DNA of 64,000 nt from Vitrella brassicaformis CCMP3155 (taxonomy: Eukaryota; Protista; Chromerida). The first letter of the stretch is position 1. Each line of letters opens with the position of its first letter. Under the pieces are notes generated by a model. It was not told the origin of the DNA. It searched no databases and saw only the letters and a program-made list of their open reading frames with translations. The translations under genes were made by a program, and so were the position numbers. The DNA lies in NCBI GenBank assembly GCA_001179505.1, contig CDMY01001000.1, forward strand, positions 124,001 through 188,000, written 5' to 3'. Below, one piece after another: positions 23,948-36,883 of this stretch.

Positions 23948-24611
23948 CTACTCTATGCTGATCAACCGCAGCTGATAGTAGCGGCCGAAGTATCCGGCTG
24001 GCAGTAAGATTTGCCTGACCTCCCCCACACTCATCGACAGCAGCGCCTCCTGGAACAACGCACCCCGATCAGACACACGACACACCACCCGACGGTTATC
24101 GTATGGCTGTGCCACCCACCCACGGTAATCGTAGGCTTTGTTGTGGCCGTCGAATGCGTCGCGCCACGAAATCCAGTCGAACTTGACGGTGTCGGTGAGT
24201 GTGGGCACTCTGCCGGTGCCGCGCTGCACTACCTTGTGGTATGCGCCACTTGGATAGCGCATGAAGTTGTCAGGAATGTTGCCATTGCTGGCCGCATCTC
24301 CTCCTCCCCCCGCTGCAGCCGCGGCTGCTGCCGGCTGCTGTGGCCCGTTGTGATCGTCCTGACGGCGTCGCTTGGTACTGACAGATGGCCTGACACACAG
24401 AATGGCATACCAAGTCAGAAATGCCCAACACGACTGTGTGCGGCTCAGTCGCTCACTGGTGGTGTTTGAAGCAGAACTTGACATCTCTGTTGAATGACGG
24501 GTGAGAGATGGCCACTCGCTGCCCTCTGACGTCCATCTCATAGCCGCCATGGCCGTCCTCATAGACAAAATGACCACCGAACTCAAACACCTCCACGAGG
24601 CGGTCACTCAT
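23948..24611 (-). CDS. MSDR micro-domain + FKBP-like protein, intact
   Basis: MSDRLVEVFEFGGHFVYEDGHGGYEMDVRGQRVAISHP..KHH ca|gtgagc, phase 2, then cag|g PSVSTKRRRQ..YPSGAYHKVVQRGTG..QLRLISIE*. Confidence 0.85.
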
Positions 24612-24704
24612 GGCTCTCCTGACACGCACACACATGACGCCGCCCATCCACAGTGACGCATCGCCTGGCATCGCGTCAGATCTTCTTTCTCATTTCGGCG
24701 GTAC

Positions 24705-24850
24705 TGACCTCTACTGCAGCGCTGCGGCCGATGAGTGATCTGCCAAAGCGACTTCTGATGTCGGTCAAGCAGCCCACTCAGCTCACTATCAACACGCCTC
24801 AGCCCTGAGCTGACACCGCTTCTCTTCTCTCCCTTCGGCGTCAAGCTCGC
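24705..24850. promoter_or_regulatory. Conserved cassette element, copy B
   Basis: Same sequence and stem-loop as 20270-20415. Confidence 0.6.
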
Positions 24851-25122
24851 ATGAGGCGGTGAATTGCAGCAGGGTGCCGCAGAGTGAAAGAAGAAGGAGA
24901 AGAGAGCATCAGGTGGGATAGACGAAGCAAAAACAATAGAGAAACACACAGGTCCGTTCCCTTCGGTGTCTGTCTGTCTGTCTGTCTGTGTGGTTCAGGT
25001 ACTGCCGGTGTTGCGGTGCGACGATGGAGGCCGAGTTGGCCGTTGTTTGTGCCGCTTAGCGACTGTAAGAGGGCAGCGACCGACCGGAAGCCTGTTGATG
25101 CTGCAAACACCTGCTTCTTTGT

Positions 25123-26262
25123 GTGTTTCTGTTCACGCCAGGGCTCAGTACTACTACGGCCATGCAGCCGACTGGTGCGACGCCCTCATCCCAGCCTTCC
25201 CCTTCGTCGGTCCCCTCTCTGCTCGGCATGGCCATCGGCAGGGCGGCCGACATGGCCATGTCGCCTCACGCCGCCAGACGGGATGCACTCCGCTCTCTCA
25301 TCGCCACGATCAAGAGCAGCCACCCCCACAAAGTGGACATGATGCTGCAGCTCGTCAAGCAGCACGTCGAGGCGGTCATGAGTCGTCTGGGCGTGCAAGA
25401 CGTCCTGGACTTCGACATCGTTGATCTGGAGGGCGGCATGAAGGTGGCCTACGTGCTTGCAGCCGGCAGTGGCGAGGAGTGGCGGGCGATGGGGCAGTTC
25501 ATTCGGCTGGCCGCCATCTACCGGCTGACCCCCAGTGCGGCTCTGCCCCTGCGGCTGTCGGCTCACTCGTGGGAGATGGCGACATTCCACGAGCTGCCCC
25601 TGGCTATGGCCATCTACCGCCTCTTCGGCCACCTACTCAACTACAAGGGGACCAGCCTGGCGCTGCAGCTGTCGGATCGGCGCTATGGGGGCTATCGGAT
25701 CGGCGACAAGACGTTTCGCGTGGTGCCTCTTGGTGATCTGCCGGGCGGCCATCCCTATGCTGACAGCTACAAGCGGAGCGACCCTGCCGTCCGAGACCCC
25801 GGTCGCCGCCCTGACCTCTATCCCACCTTCTCGGCGTTTCTGCTGCGCATGGTGGTCTCCTGCTGGAGGGATGAAGATGGGGTGGGTCAGAGGCGGGTGC
25901 TCCTCGCGCGCCGTGGTGACCCTCGCCGTGGCCGTGTGCTCACCGAGGGCATCCCGGGAGATCTGGGCATCGCTGTGGACCATCGTCACGACCATGGCAA
26001 TCTGAATGCTGCTGATGCAAGAAATTATCGATTGGTGATAGTGAGCGGCTTTAGGCCGGGCGAGACCGCTGCTGTCCATCTGGTGGGGGAGCTGGGCGTG
26101 GGGGGGTACGCCATCCATCTCTTGACGACCGAGGCACCTGTCGACGATCCGTCTGAGCTGCCCGCCCAGCGCTTCCCGCTGTCGATGCCCCTGTGGTGTG
26201 GCGTACTGCGGCACTTCAACCTGGAGACCGATGTTATCAATGAGGGGTTGTGGTTGTTATGA
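25123..26262 (+). CDS. Intronless 379-aa protein of unknown function
   Basis: Long uninterrupted ORF with globular composition (FHELPLAMAIYRLFGHLL, YRLVIVSGF, RFPLSMPLWCGVLRHFNLE). It sits behind a truncated BTB-gene 5' end (24884-25042). Confidence 0.8.
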   Translation: MFLFTPGLSTTTAMQPTGATPSSQPSPSSVPSLLGMAIGRAADMAMSPHAARRDALRSLIATIKSSHPHKVDMMLQLVKQHVEAVMSRLGVQDVLDFDIVDLEGGMKVAYVLAAGSGEEWRAMGQFIRLAAIYRLTPSAALPLRLSAHSWEMATFHELPLAMAIYRLFGHLLNYKGTSLALQLSDRRYGGYRIGDKTFRVVPLGDLPGGHPYADSYKRSDPAVRDPGRRPDLYPTFSAFLLRMVVSCWRDEDGVGQRRVLLARRGDPRRGRVLTEGIPGDLGIAVDHRHDHGNLNAADARNYRLVIVSGFRPGETAAVHLVGELGVGGYAIHLLTTEAPVDDPSELPAQRFPLSMPLWCGVLRHFNLETDVINEGLWLL

Positions 26263-26671
26263 GTGTCGGCGAGGGTCAGGTCTGTCTGTCAGACTGACTG
26301 TGTGCCGTGAAACGATGAGTGTTTTTGTCAGACTGACTGACTGCATGGCTCCACTCGTGTGGTGAACGAATGAATTGATCACACACCGAAGAGAAAGAGA
26401 GAGAGGGAGTCCATGATGCCCACAGTCCCTGCAGCAAGTAGCAGCAAGCTATCTAACGCAGCCTCACACAGACGCACAGAGCCTGGCTTCCCCTTCTCTT
26501 CCCTCAGGGAATAAGTCTAGCGGCACGGCAGTATGCTTTACAACCGCCGAAATCCCACTAGTGAATGGCCCATCCATCCATCCATCCACCGCTTTGCCTT
26601 GCATAATCCGGTTTGTCGACATGCGCACGTCGTGCAGATCGTGATCTAGAAAACCGAGGATAATCCGTTTG

Positions 26672-27420
26672 TCAAAATAGAAAGAGCAGGCTCCCTTTGT
26701 CTGTCGAGGGAATCATGCCGACAAAGGTCATACATGGTCGATCATTCGAACTCGCTATATTGAGAAATGGACTTTTGTACTGAAGTCGGACTTTTGACAA
26801 TTTTCTCCACGAAACGCTTTGCAGTGATACTCTGCTCTCGTTCGTCGTTGCCACAGAGACACACACCGAGTGACACATGTTCCAAAACAGGACAAGAAAA
26901 TCGTCCACAGCGAAGACAATCAGCTTGAAGAAAATCAGCACCAGCCAACAGTCACACCCCCACCCCCCCCTCTGCGTGTCGGACATGAAGTGTGGGTGCG
27001 TGTCGATGCATCACTTTTGCATACATGGAGAGGACCGGGGTCGCATGCTCATGTAGACAGACACCGAGACAGAATGGTGGCCGATCGTTTGATAGACAGC
27101 CGAAGCGGTAAGAGCTTGGTTGGCTGCACCCACGACCACACACACACACACACACGGCTTCCGAGCGACCCAGTATGGATGGATGTCTCCCTTTTCCGCC
27201 CTATGGGTCGGCTGCGCAGATGCTGACACAACAAAGTCCACGTGTTCACGCCCGTACGTCAGGTGCAGAGTGCCGTCACCTGCACTCACAAACAAATACA
27301 CACACACATACATACATACATACACGCTGCGATACGTATACATGATAAACGCCCATCTTCTGTACCTCATCATCTTCCGTACGGACATATACAATGTCGT
27401 GTAGCTGGCTTTTTCGTTTC
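26672..27420 (-). CDS. Possible multi-exon gene of unknown function
   Basis: Exon-like pieces LHDIVYVRTEDDEVQKMGVYHVY, GDGTLHLTYGREHVDFVVS and RVSLQSVSWRKLSKVRLQYKSPF with plausible splice sites; frame continuity not established. Confidence 0.25.
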
Positions 27421-27599
27421 TCACTCATCTCTGATTGACACCCTTGACACCCTTTTTGTGTTGACGAGATGCGTTTCCGCATATCATGTCCCGATTGAAT
27501 CGATGCGTCCAATGTTAGTGGCTCATTGATTGATGTCTATTTACACAAACCGCCGTCGTGCACGATGCATCCGACAGACACACCAGCCCTCCCCTTCTC

Positions 27600-28090
27600 C
27601 CTAGGCACCCGTGCTGACTAAGCAGTCTGCTGCCGAGAATGAATGAATGAATGAATCCGTCCATCCGCCGCTCTGCTGTTTGTCTGTCTGTCTGTCTGTC
27701 TGTTCCTATGGGCGGCACGCGCAGCCCGCAACACACCCGCAATGCTCACAGACAGCATCCTGTAACCAGCCTGTCTGGCCACCGAACCGCTGAAAAGACA
27801 CACCTCGGTGGCCATGTGTGTGTGTGTGTGTGTGCAGGGAAGTCGCTTACACATAGAGGCAAACACAGCACACACAGCCGGCCAGCCATGAGTCAGTCAG
27901 TCGGCCAGGCGACCACCCGCAGAGAGCACTACAACTAAGCCGAAGGAGGCACCAGACAGACAGTCAGTCAGTCAGTCAAAGAGGGAGAAGCCCCCGGCCA
28001 CACACACACTCATGATGATCATCACACACATGAGTGTGCACTCATGTGTGAGACACACAGCCGCCCCCACGTGTGTGTGTGCACTCTCTC
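27600..28090. repeat. Partial third copy of the spacer block downstream of an FKBP gene
   Basis: gcagtctgctgccgaga.. and gagcccccggccacacac..catgagtgtg blocks are shared with 15460-16290 and 23120-23945. Confidence 0.6.
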
Positions 28091-28736
28091 CTACTCTATG
28101 CTGACCAAACGCACCTCAACGTAGCGGACTAACCATCCGGGTGGCGTTATGATTCGCCTAACCTCCCCCACCCTCATCGACAGCAACGCCTCGCGCAACC
28201 ACTCACCCCGATCAGACACACTAGACACCGCCCCACGCTTATCGATGACTTTGTCCTGGCCGTCGAATGCATCAGCCCACCCGACGTGGTCGAACTTGAC
28301 GCGGTCGGTGGCCTTGGGCACTCTGCCCGTGCCGAGAGCGAGGACCTTGTGGTATGCGCCACTTGGATAGCGCATGAAGTCATCAGGGATGTTGCCATTG
28401 TTGCCATTGCTGACCGCCGCTCCCCCGCCCACTGCTGCAGCCGCTGCTGCTGCGGCTGCTGCTGCTGGCCCGTTGTGGTCGTCTTGACGGCGGCGCTTGG
28501 CACCACCGACAGACGGCCTGACACACAAAAGGGCAGCGAGTCAGTCAGTCAGAGTGCAACACACCTGTGTGTGGCTCGGCCGCTCACTCGTGGTGGTGTT
28601 CGAAGCAGAACTTGATGTGCGAATGGAAGGAAGGCTTGATGGCCACCCGCTGCCCCGTGACGTCCGCCTCATAGCCGCCATGGCCGTCCTCATAAACGGC
28701 ACAGCCGTCCAGCAGTCCGACAACACGGTCACCCAT
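28091..28736 (-). CDS. MSDR micro-domain + FKBP-like protein, intact
   Basis: MGDRVVGLLDGCAVYEDGHGGYEADVTGQRVAIKPSFHSHIKFCFEHHH ga|gtgagc, phase 2, then PSVGGAKRRRQ..EVRLVSIE*. Confidence 0.85.
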
Positions 28737-28814
28737 GGGTCTCCTGCACACACACACACACACATGACGCCGCCCATCCACAGTGACGCATCGCATCAGA
28801 TCTTCTCTCTCCTT

Positions 28815-28970
28815 TCGGCGGTGCTCACCTCTGCTGTGTTGCGGCTGATGAGTGATCTGCCAAAGCGACTTCTGATATCGGTCAAGCAAACCACTCAGCT
28901 CACTATCGACACGCCTCAGTCCTGAGCTGACGCCGCTGTTTTCTCCCTTTGCCAAGCTCGCACCACCCGG
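28815..28970. promoter_or_regulatory. Conserved cassette element, copy C
   Basis: Same element; the 3' arm of the stem-loop is partly deleted. Confidence 0.6.
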
Positions 28971-29120
28971 TGATACTCAAACTGAAAAAGGAAGAGGGAG
29001 CATCAGGTCGGATAGACGAAGCGATTAAGCAATAGAGAAACACACAGGTCCGTTCACATCGGTCTGTGTGTGTGTGTGTGGTTCAGGCACTGCCTCTGCG
29101 AGAGATCTGTTGCGCTGTGG

Positions 29121-30747
29121 ATGGAGGCCGAGTTGGCCGCTCGCCAGTTCAGCGCCCATGCGATTCTCAATGAGCTGCACGTGCCCGTGACGGCCATCGG
29201 TGACGCCATCAGCCAGCTGCACGCACAGATCCGCCAGGCTGACGAGGACGCCCAGCGAGAGCGGCAGCACCACGGCGCATCGGACCCCTCGGCGGCCTCG
29301 CCTGACGACACTTTGCTGCTGAATGTGGGCGGCCATCTGATGAGCGTCAGGCGGCACCACATGACTCAGGGAGAGGGGGTGGAGGGCACTCGGCTGGCGG
29401 CCCTCTTCGGGGGCTGCTGGGAGGACCGACTCGTCAAGGACGACAGCCAGCGGGTGTTCGTCGACATCTGCCCAAAGGCCTTCAAGGCCATCCACAAGGC
29501 CATCCTCAATGCGGAGACCCTTCGCAGCGCCGGCAAAGCGGCGTCGGTCGGCCATCTGCTCAATGAAGTGGCCAAGCGCGACAAGGGTGAGGGCAATGAA
29601 GGCGATGACACAGTCTTCTTGTGTCGTCATTCCGTCTTTGGCTGTCTGTGTGGTGTGTGTGTCGCAGGCCGCCACGGCTTCTGGGTCAAGCTAATGATGA
29701 CGCCTCTCGACAAGGATGCCACGGAAGCCGCTGATTCTTCACCTGCCGATAGTGTGCCCACCGGATCGCTGACCAACAGCCCCACCGAGGCGGCGGCCGC
29801 CCTCAAGGCGATGGAGGACATCGTCAAGTCATTCGCCAACGAGAAGGCCCGGCTAGAGCGGCAGCTGCGGGCCGCCAACACACGACGCGACAATCTCGAC
29901 AAAGAGATTCAGGTGACGACATGAGCAGAGAGGGAGGGAAATGTCTATTGGTCTGATGGTTGTGGCTGTGTGTGTGTCTCTCAGGCCGTCGAGCCCTTTC
30001 TGCTGCCTCTGAGTGGCGGCGATGCCATTCGGTCGGTCGAGGTGTGTGGACAGCTCATCTCGACCACTCAGTCCACTGTGGACGAAATGGGCGACATCGC
30101 ACTCAGCCACCGATTTGACCTGTGAGCCCATCACACCAACACACAAACGACACACACTGATGTGCTTCTCACTGTTTGTGTGCCGTCAGGTGGTCCAGCA
30201 GCCGGGCGGTGGAGGTGGTCGATCGCGACCACATCGGCCGCATGGTCGACTACTACCGCAGAAAGCGACTCGGCGCCTCGCCCGCCGACATGGCCGCCGT
30301 GCTGACGATGGCTGGCGAGACAGATCAGGAGCCATTTGACGTCAACGCGGCCATGTACGGCCTTGTCAGGACCGACACACCCACACCGCAGGCCAGGTAA
30401 AGCCCAACAGGGAGCAGACGGCAGCAATTGGCCATCTTGGTTCCGTTCTTCTCAGTGTGGCCCCTCGGACCGGCACACTGCCATCGTCTGGCTGTCGATA
30501 TGAGGTGGTGCAGGAGGGCACCGGCAGAGTGCCCACAGGGGAGGACCGCATCAAGATCGACATCGTCTACTGGCGTGATGCATTCGAAGGCCAGGACAAA
30601 AGCTGGGAACGCCGTGGCTGGGTGACTGGTGTGTCTGATCGGCCTGTGTGGTTGCATGAAGCATTGCTGTCGATGCGGACGGGAGAGACTAGGCGAATCA
30701 AATTGTCACCCACGTATGTTCAGCTGCGTTTGATCAGCATAGAGTAG
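29121..30747 (+). CDS. Tandem BTB + FKBP-like protein, second intact copy
   Basis: Same five-exon structure as 20574-22201. ag|gtaaag at 30396, cag|t at 30456, then VAPRTGTLPSSG..QLRLISIE*. Confidence 0.85.
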
Positions 30748-31214
30748 GAGAGAGTGCACACACACAGGTGGGGGCGGCTGTGTGTCACACTGATGTGTGT
30801 GGTCGGGGGCTCTTCACTCGTTGGCCTGGCTGACTATGTGTCTGAGATCTGAGTGGCGAAGAGGAAGTCCCTTGTGATCTTTGTCAGCCATATCTATGCG
30901 TGGATGTGTCGTGAATTGTCCAGCGTGTGCAAGGGCAGGGGTGTATGGGCACACATTGAGAAGGGCGCATTTTAATCTGTGCGTTGATGTCGGTGTGCAT
31001 GTCTAGTCATGCCGTGAGCTTTATCGGACCGTGATGACGCTTTCCGGTGTAGCATTAGCATGTTGGCCGCTGACACACACATCCGGCCATGAATGCTCTC
31101 CTACCCTCATCCATCTCACACACAAAACGCTCCCACAAATCACAACCGCCACGCACGCAGAGAGAGAGAGAGAGAGAGATGAGGCAAACGACTTATCAGC
31201 TGATGACGGCTTAT

Positions 31215-34200
31215 CTATCGTCCCTGATCCCCCCACTTAGCATGCGCCCGCCAGTCGGGCACAACCCTGTCCATCATATTGACAAACTGGTGCATCGCCT
31301 CACGACATGGCAGGCCATCCAGAGCGTGCCATGCCGACCACTTCGAGCGCTCCACCTAGACACAGACATACACACACGTCTCTTTGTGTGTCTGCCATCA
31401 GTTGACGTTACAATGTTGAGAAAAGACGGCGGCTCTGGGCGGTCGTCACCGGCTGTCGCCTGCTTGTACAACTACATACATCCACGCAGACAGACAGACA
31501 GGAGACACACCCGAGGGCAGGCAATCCTCTGTCTCTATGTCTCTCGGTCTCTTCGCCGTACGGCGTATAGTTTGAGCTTCTGGTCGTTGGTGACGTGCAC
31601 GCCCGGCAGCTCCCTGCGGCCCTCAACGACGTCCAGCGCATACTCCCATGCTATCGGGAACTCCCTCTCATATCGATGCTCCTGCACACAGGCAGATGTG
31701 AAGAGGGACACGTATGCCCACGAACTCATCCGTCTTTCTATGTCTACTTCGGACGACAGGACAAGGTCCGCTCGTGGGATGGTTGGTCTTTCGGGGATGA
31801 GGAAGTCGGCCGCTGCTGCTGCTGACGACAACATATGTTCAAGTCGCGTCGGCTGCCTTCCCTCATCTCTGCACACGAGCATGGACAAGTTCTTGTTGCT
31901 GGAGACACTCGTTGAAGCGCACCTCTCTTCGAGTGTTGGGATCTCATCCACGCGGTCCTCCCCGACCCCCTCTTCAACCATGGCTGCCACCTGTGTCTTC
32001 TTGCTCTCGCCCCCCATCACGCCACTCATCGCCACTTGCAGCTTCTTGTCCTCCCCAGACGGTTGCTGTCGCCCGTCAGTCATCCCATCCATTGCCACCT
32101 GGGTCTTCTTCTCTTCTGTCTGGGCGGCCGGCTGCTTTTTGTCCTCAGATACCCACTCACGAGAAAACGCACCCAAGATACGCATTCGCGGGGCGGTGGA
32201 AGCATCTGTTAAGATGAGAGAAGAGACATGTCTAGGTCTGTATGTGTTTGTTGGTATCTCTGACGCACCTCTGCTGGCGAGTGGGGTTGGCGCTGATGTG
32301 GGAGGAGGCTGTGGCAGGTCTATCGGCACGGACGGATGATCCAGTGTGCGATTGGTGTCCCTGAATGACTGCAACACACAAGCAGAGACACGATCTATTG
32401 GAGACGCTAAACAAGCAGACAATAGGCATGTGCACGTACCTGGTATGTGAGCTGCTGTGTGTTGTTGGTCATGTCGTGCAGCCGCTGAATCAGCAGCGAT
32501 GACGCCGGCGTGGGCAGAAGGGCCTTGGGCGTGTAGCCGTGGATCGCCAGCTCGTGTCTGAGTTGTGTGAAGTCGGCTCTGACGATACCCAGTGCATTGG
32601 CGAGCTCTCTCAGCGTGGCGTGGGCTGCCTCTCTGTAGTGATAGAGCACATCGACGCGGGACATGATCTCGCGAAGCACCTTGTGCATGTCGCCTAAACA
32701 CGTATACGTATACAATACATACGTACACACGGACATACACACGTATACGTACCAACATTCATGTGTACGATATTGTTTCGTTCTTTTCGTCTACCTTCTT
32801 GGCTGTTCTTGACTTCTAGGTATGAAGTCATCTCATGCAGCGCCTGGAGTCTCGCCCGGTCGTCAGACCTGCTGATGATGCATCCACTTCATTGATTCAG
32901 TGATTGATTCCCTTGGTGAGTCACCTTTCGACAGTGAGTGCTTCGATCGATCGCTTCAGCTGCCGCACACAGTGAACCAGCATCAGGCTCTCACTGTGCG
33001 GTGAGCCATCACCTCTTTCCCCATCTCTCTCATCCCCTCTTTCACTGCACACAGCACAGCTATTCAATACACAAGAGTGTCTCATCTGTCTGGTGGAAGC
33101 TATCTGTGTGCTGACATGGTGGTGTCTAGGGCCAGCATGTGTCCCTGCAGAGCACTCTGTGTGGCAAAGAAGGCCGCGTCGCTCAGCGCCTCCTCGTGTT
33201 TGGCAATCAGCTGGTGGAATGAATCCGCGCGCTTCTCCAACGCGAGAAGACGGAGCTCACAACCTGCCGGCACAAACACAGAGAGAGAGGGAGACATGCA
33301 CGAAGGAGAGGACGACATCGTGTGTGGTAAGGACAGGTACCTTTGATCTTCTGTGACGGATCAGTGTCACTCAGAGGATTGACAGCCCGCTTGATCGTGT
33401 CCGCATGCTTCAGACAAAACTCCGAGAATTGGTCGAACAGCCCCGCCCTCTCCTGTTGGATAGTATTCTGCAGCGTCACGAAGTCTCTTTTGGCGATGGC
33501 AATGTCCTCCCTCAAGCCGCCCAGCTGCAGCTGCACGGCGCGGTAGCACTCGTCGAGGCCCGACGTGCCGGGATCGGGAAAGTTATCGCCGAACTTGGAG
33601 ATGAAGAGGTCGTGTTCCGCCTGCAGCACGTCCAGCTGATTCTTGAGAGCCGCCACCGTCTTGCTGTCAGTTTCGGCGTCGGTGTGGCCCTCCCTTGGTT
33701 GAAATGGCATCGGCATTTGTGCTTCGTCTGGGGGACGGTGGATGACTTCCTCCCGAACAGCAACAGGCTCTGTGTGTCCTCTCGAAAGCCGTCTGTCGAG
33801 AACATGTGGCCGTCTGTCGCTGCCCATAATCCCTCTCACGGCCTCGGTGCACCACTCGACGCGCGGAAAGAGTGTGTCCTCACACTGGCGGATAAAGGCC
33901 GACAGCGCCCCCACTTCATTCCACAGGCTGGTGAACTCCTCCGAGAGAATAGTGCCGTCCTCGGCTGTCCTTGGTTTGCGTGGAGGTCGCTGATTGAGCG
34001 CCCTGGCCCACGAATGCTGCGCGTTGGCCGCCGTCTTCTTGATGGATTCCGTCGCTTCTTCTGTCATTTCCCTTATCTGCTGCTCGCAAGCGGCCACATA
34101 GCTGCTGAGCTGTTCCTTGGCTTGGTCAGTCTCCCGGAAGCACTTCGCCATCTCTTCCCGAATCGCCTTTTTGCCCTCCTCGACGCACTCGCGAACAACA

Positions 34201-34397
34201 CTCTCGATATCCGCTCGCGATATGGGCACGGGAGCGCTGGATAGACGCTGTATCTGGCTCTGTAGCTGAGCCACCTGATCTGTGAGCGACGCCACTTGTG
34301 ACTGGAGGTGCTGAAGCTCATGATTTGGCTGCGTGTCTTCATGTCCTTGGTCATCCATTGCGAGAGTGAAGGCCGGGGCCGCCGGAATAGAGTCCAT
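31215..34397 (-). CDS. Large coiled-coil protein with a C-terminal acyl-CoA-binding (ACBP) domain
   Basis: Final exons DQKLKLYA | LYKQATAGDDRPEPPSF | KWSAWHALDGLPCREAMHQFVNMM match the ACBP signature. Upstream exons (32440-32690, 32810-32880, 33100-33260, 33343-34397) are heptad-rich; there is an internal EDKKxQVAM-type repeat at ~31970-32150. Confidence 0.75.
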
Positions 34398-34851
34398 CAG
34401 GAGCAGAATGGGGGCGAAGAGATGTTGGCCATTGGCGAAGATTTGCGGCGAGGAGAGCGCGAGCTTGTGTGCGTCGAGGCATTGTGTCGGCTCAGGTGGG
34501 TCAAGGGAGCTATCAGACAGCACACAGTGTGCCCGATCTATGCAGCAGACGTGTCCTCCCCTTCTCACGCGTCCTCACACGACTGACTAGCTGGCGGCGC
34601 AGAGAGAGATCAGACGCTGTCACTCTCAGGTGAGCATGCGATGCATCTGGCATCAGATCTGTCTGTGACGTTCGAGTGTGTTGCAGGCCTTGCCTCATTC
34701 GAGCCATCCGGCACATCGTAGCTCATATCACTCATCACGTGCCAGACATACACATTCAGGTAGGCAAGCAGGCAGCAGAGAATGATGCGTCCATTGCACC
34801 ACTATCTGTCTGTGACGTCATCATCTGTGTGTGCAGTGGGCCACTGTGAGC

Positions 34852-35433
34852 ATGGGTGACCGTGTTGTTGGCCTGCTCGACGGCCGTGACGTCTATGCTG
34901 ATGGCCATGGCGGCTATGCTGTGAAGGTCAAAGGCGAGATGCGCCCGCTGCCGTCATCTGCCCACGACAAAACCATCATGTTCGCTGACGTCCTCAGGTG
35001 AGAGAGCGCCATGTTGGATGAATGGATGGATGGATCGCCGCCTTCTCGTGCATCTCTATCTGTGTGTGATTATGTCAGCCATGGCGCCACATTGCGGCCT
35101 CAGGGGGCCAACAGCAACACCAGCAGTGACGGGAACAGCCATGAGGGCTTCGTCCGCATCCCCAGTGGAGCGTACCACAAGGTGGTGCAGGAGGGCACCG
35201 GCAGAGTGCCCACAGCCACCGACCGCGTCAAGTACAACCACATCTCGTGGAGTGATGCGTTCGACGGCCAGAACAAAGCATACGAGGAACGTGGGCGGGT
35301 GAATCGTGTGTCTGATTGGGTTCTGTGGGAGCGTGAGGCATTGCTGTCGATGCCTGAGGGGGAGGTGAGGCAAATCATAGTGCCAGCCACACATGGCGCT
35401 TACGTTCAGCTGCATTTGATCAGCATAGAGTAG
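34852..35433 (+). CDS. MSDR micro-domain + FKBP-like protein, intact
   Basis: Exon 34852-34997 MGDRVVGLLDGRDVYADGHGGYAVKVKGEMRPLP..DVL ag|gt; exon 35079-35433 HGATLRPQ..QLHLISIE*. Phase 2. Confidence 0.85.
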
Positions 35434-36070
35434 GAGAGAGTGCACGCAGACACACACATGGCGGCGGCTCTGTGTGTCACACACTCATGTGTGTGGCCGG
35501 GGGCTCCTCCCTCTTTACCTGGCTGACTGTGTGCTTTGGTTCTGATCGGAGGAGAGGGAATGTGCCGCTCTCTCACTCACTCACTCACTGTCTGGCTGGC
35601 TGGCTGGCTGGCTGGTAGTTCTTCGTTTCGCTTGTCCGTCGTGCTCTCGTCTCGGCGGGCCGGCTGTGTGTATTGTGGCTGCCCCTCTGTGATACAATGG
35701 GCGACATGTGCCCACTCTCGCCACCTCTCTCTGCGTTTGTGTGTCTACGGGTGTGTGTAAATATTAAGAGAGGCATACAAACTGCGGCGGAGTCAGTCAG
35801 TCAGTTCGTCAGATACACACATGACCACCGAGGTGCCTTTTAAGCGGCCGACGGCAAACAGGCCGATGACAGAATGGCGTATGTGGGCATTGGCGATGTC
35901 TTGCTGGCTGTCTGTGTGGCCCCACACTCATCAAGGACGATTTCTGTGTGTGGTGGCCTCTCAATCACCGACAGCGGGTAGGCCGTCATCCGCAGTGTGT
36001 GTGTTTGTGAGGTGCCGCTTTGGCAGAGCATTCTCTAGACAGACAGGGGGGGATGTGTGTGAGGGGGGGG

Positions 36071-36370
36071 NNNNNNNNNNNNNNNNNNNNNNNNNNNNNN
36101 NNNNNNNNNNNNNNNNNNNNNNNNNNNNNNNNNNNNNNNNNNNNNNNNNNNNNNNNNNNNNNNNNNNNNNNNNNNNNNNNNNNNNNNNNNNNNNNNNNNN
36201 NNNNNNNNNNNNNNNNNNNNNNNNNNNNNNNNNNNNNNNNNNNNNNNNNNNNNNNNNNNNNNNNNNNNNNNNNNNNNNNNNNNNNNNNNNNNNNNNNNNN
36301 NNNNNNNNNNNNNNNNNNNNNNNNNNNNNNNNNNNNNNNNNNNNNNNNNNNNNNNNNNNNNNNNNNNNNN
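36071..36370. other. Assembly gap (300 N)
   Basis: Run of N flanked on both sides by poly-G. Confidence 1.
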
Positions 36371-36883
36371 GGGGGGGGGTACGTTTTGTGGCGGCGGTGT
36401 GTTCATACGTCACTGTTCATAGCTGCATATGCGAAAGCCAATCGGCGGGTTACTGCCGACATGTAGTGCTGTGTAGGTGATATGACTTCTCTCGGTGCGC
36501 ACACACCAGCAGAGCTCTGATGGACGGCGCAGACCGGACAGGTAGATGATAGAGATGACGGTCTGCAGGCTGTGTGTCTGTGAGCGTTCTGATGACTGAC
36601 TGACTGACTGATTGGTTGGCTACGTGTTGTGACGATCTCGCTTCCCTCCCCGCCTCCCTCAGTCGATCCAATCAATACAACTGTACACACACGAACGAGG
36701 TCACAGTGTCACAAATGACACGTCTACCTCGACACCCCCTCTGAAATACGACAAAACATACGCTCACGGCCATCCATCCACCCACCCATACACTCACACA
36801 GACACACACACCAGTTTGCGACACAGAAAGTGGCGTTGAGTTGCTGCACCAGCTCAGATGTCCTGAGTGCATCGGTCGGTCGT

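Noticed and set aside
23948-24607. 219-aa single-exon ORF (MTASWRCL...) as the real protein
   Set aside because: It reads the alternate frame through an intron. The frame conserved across divergent paralogs is MSDR, and the alternate frame is broken in the 28.7 kb copy.
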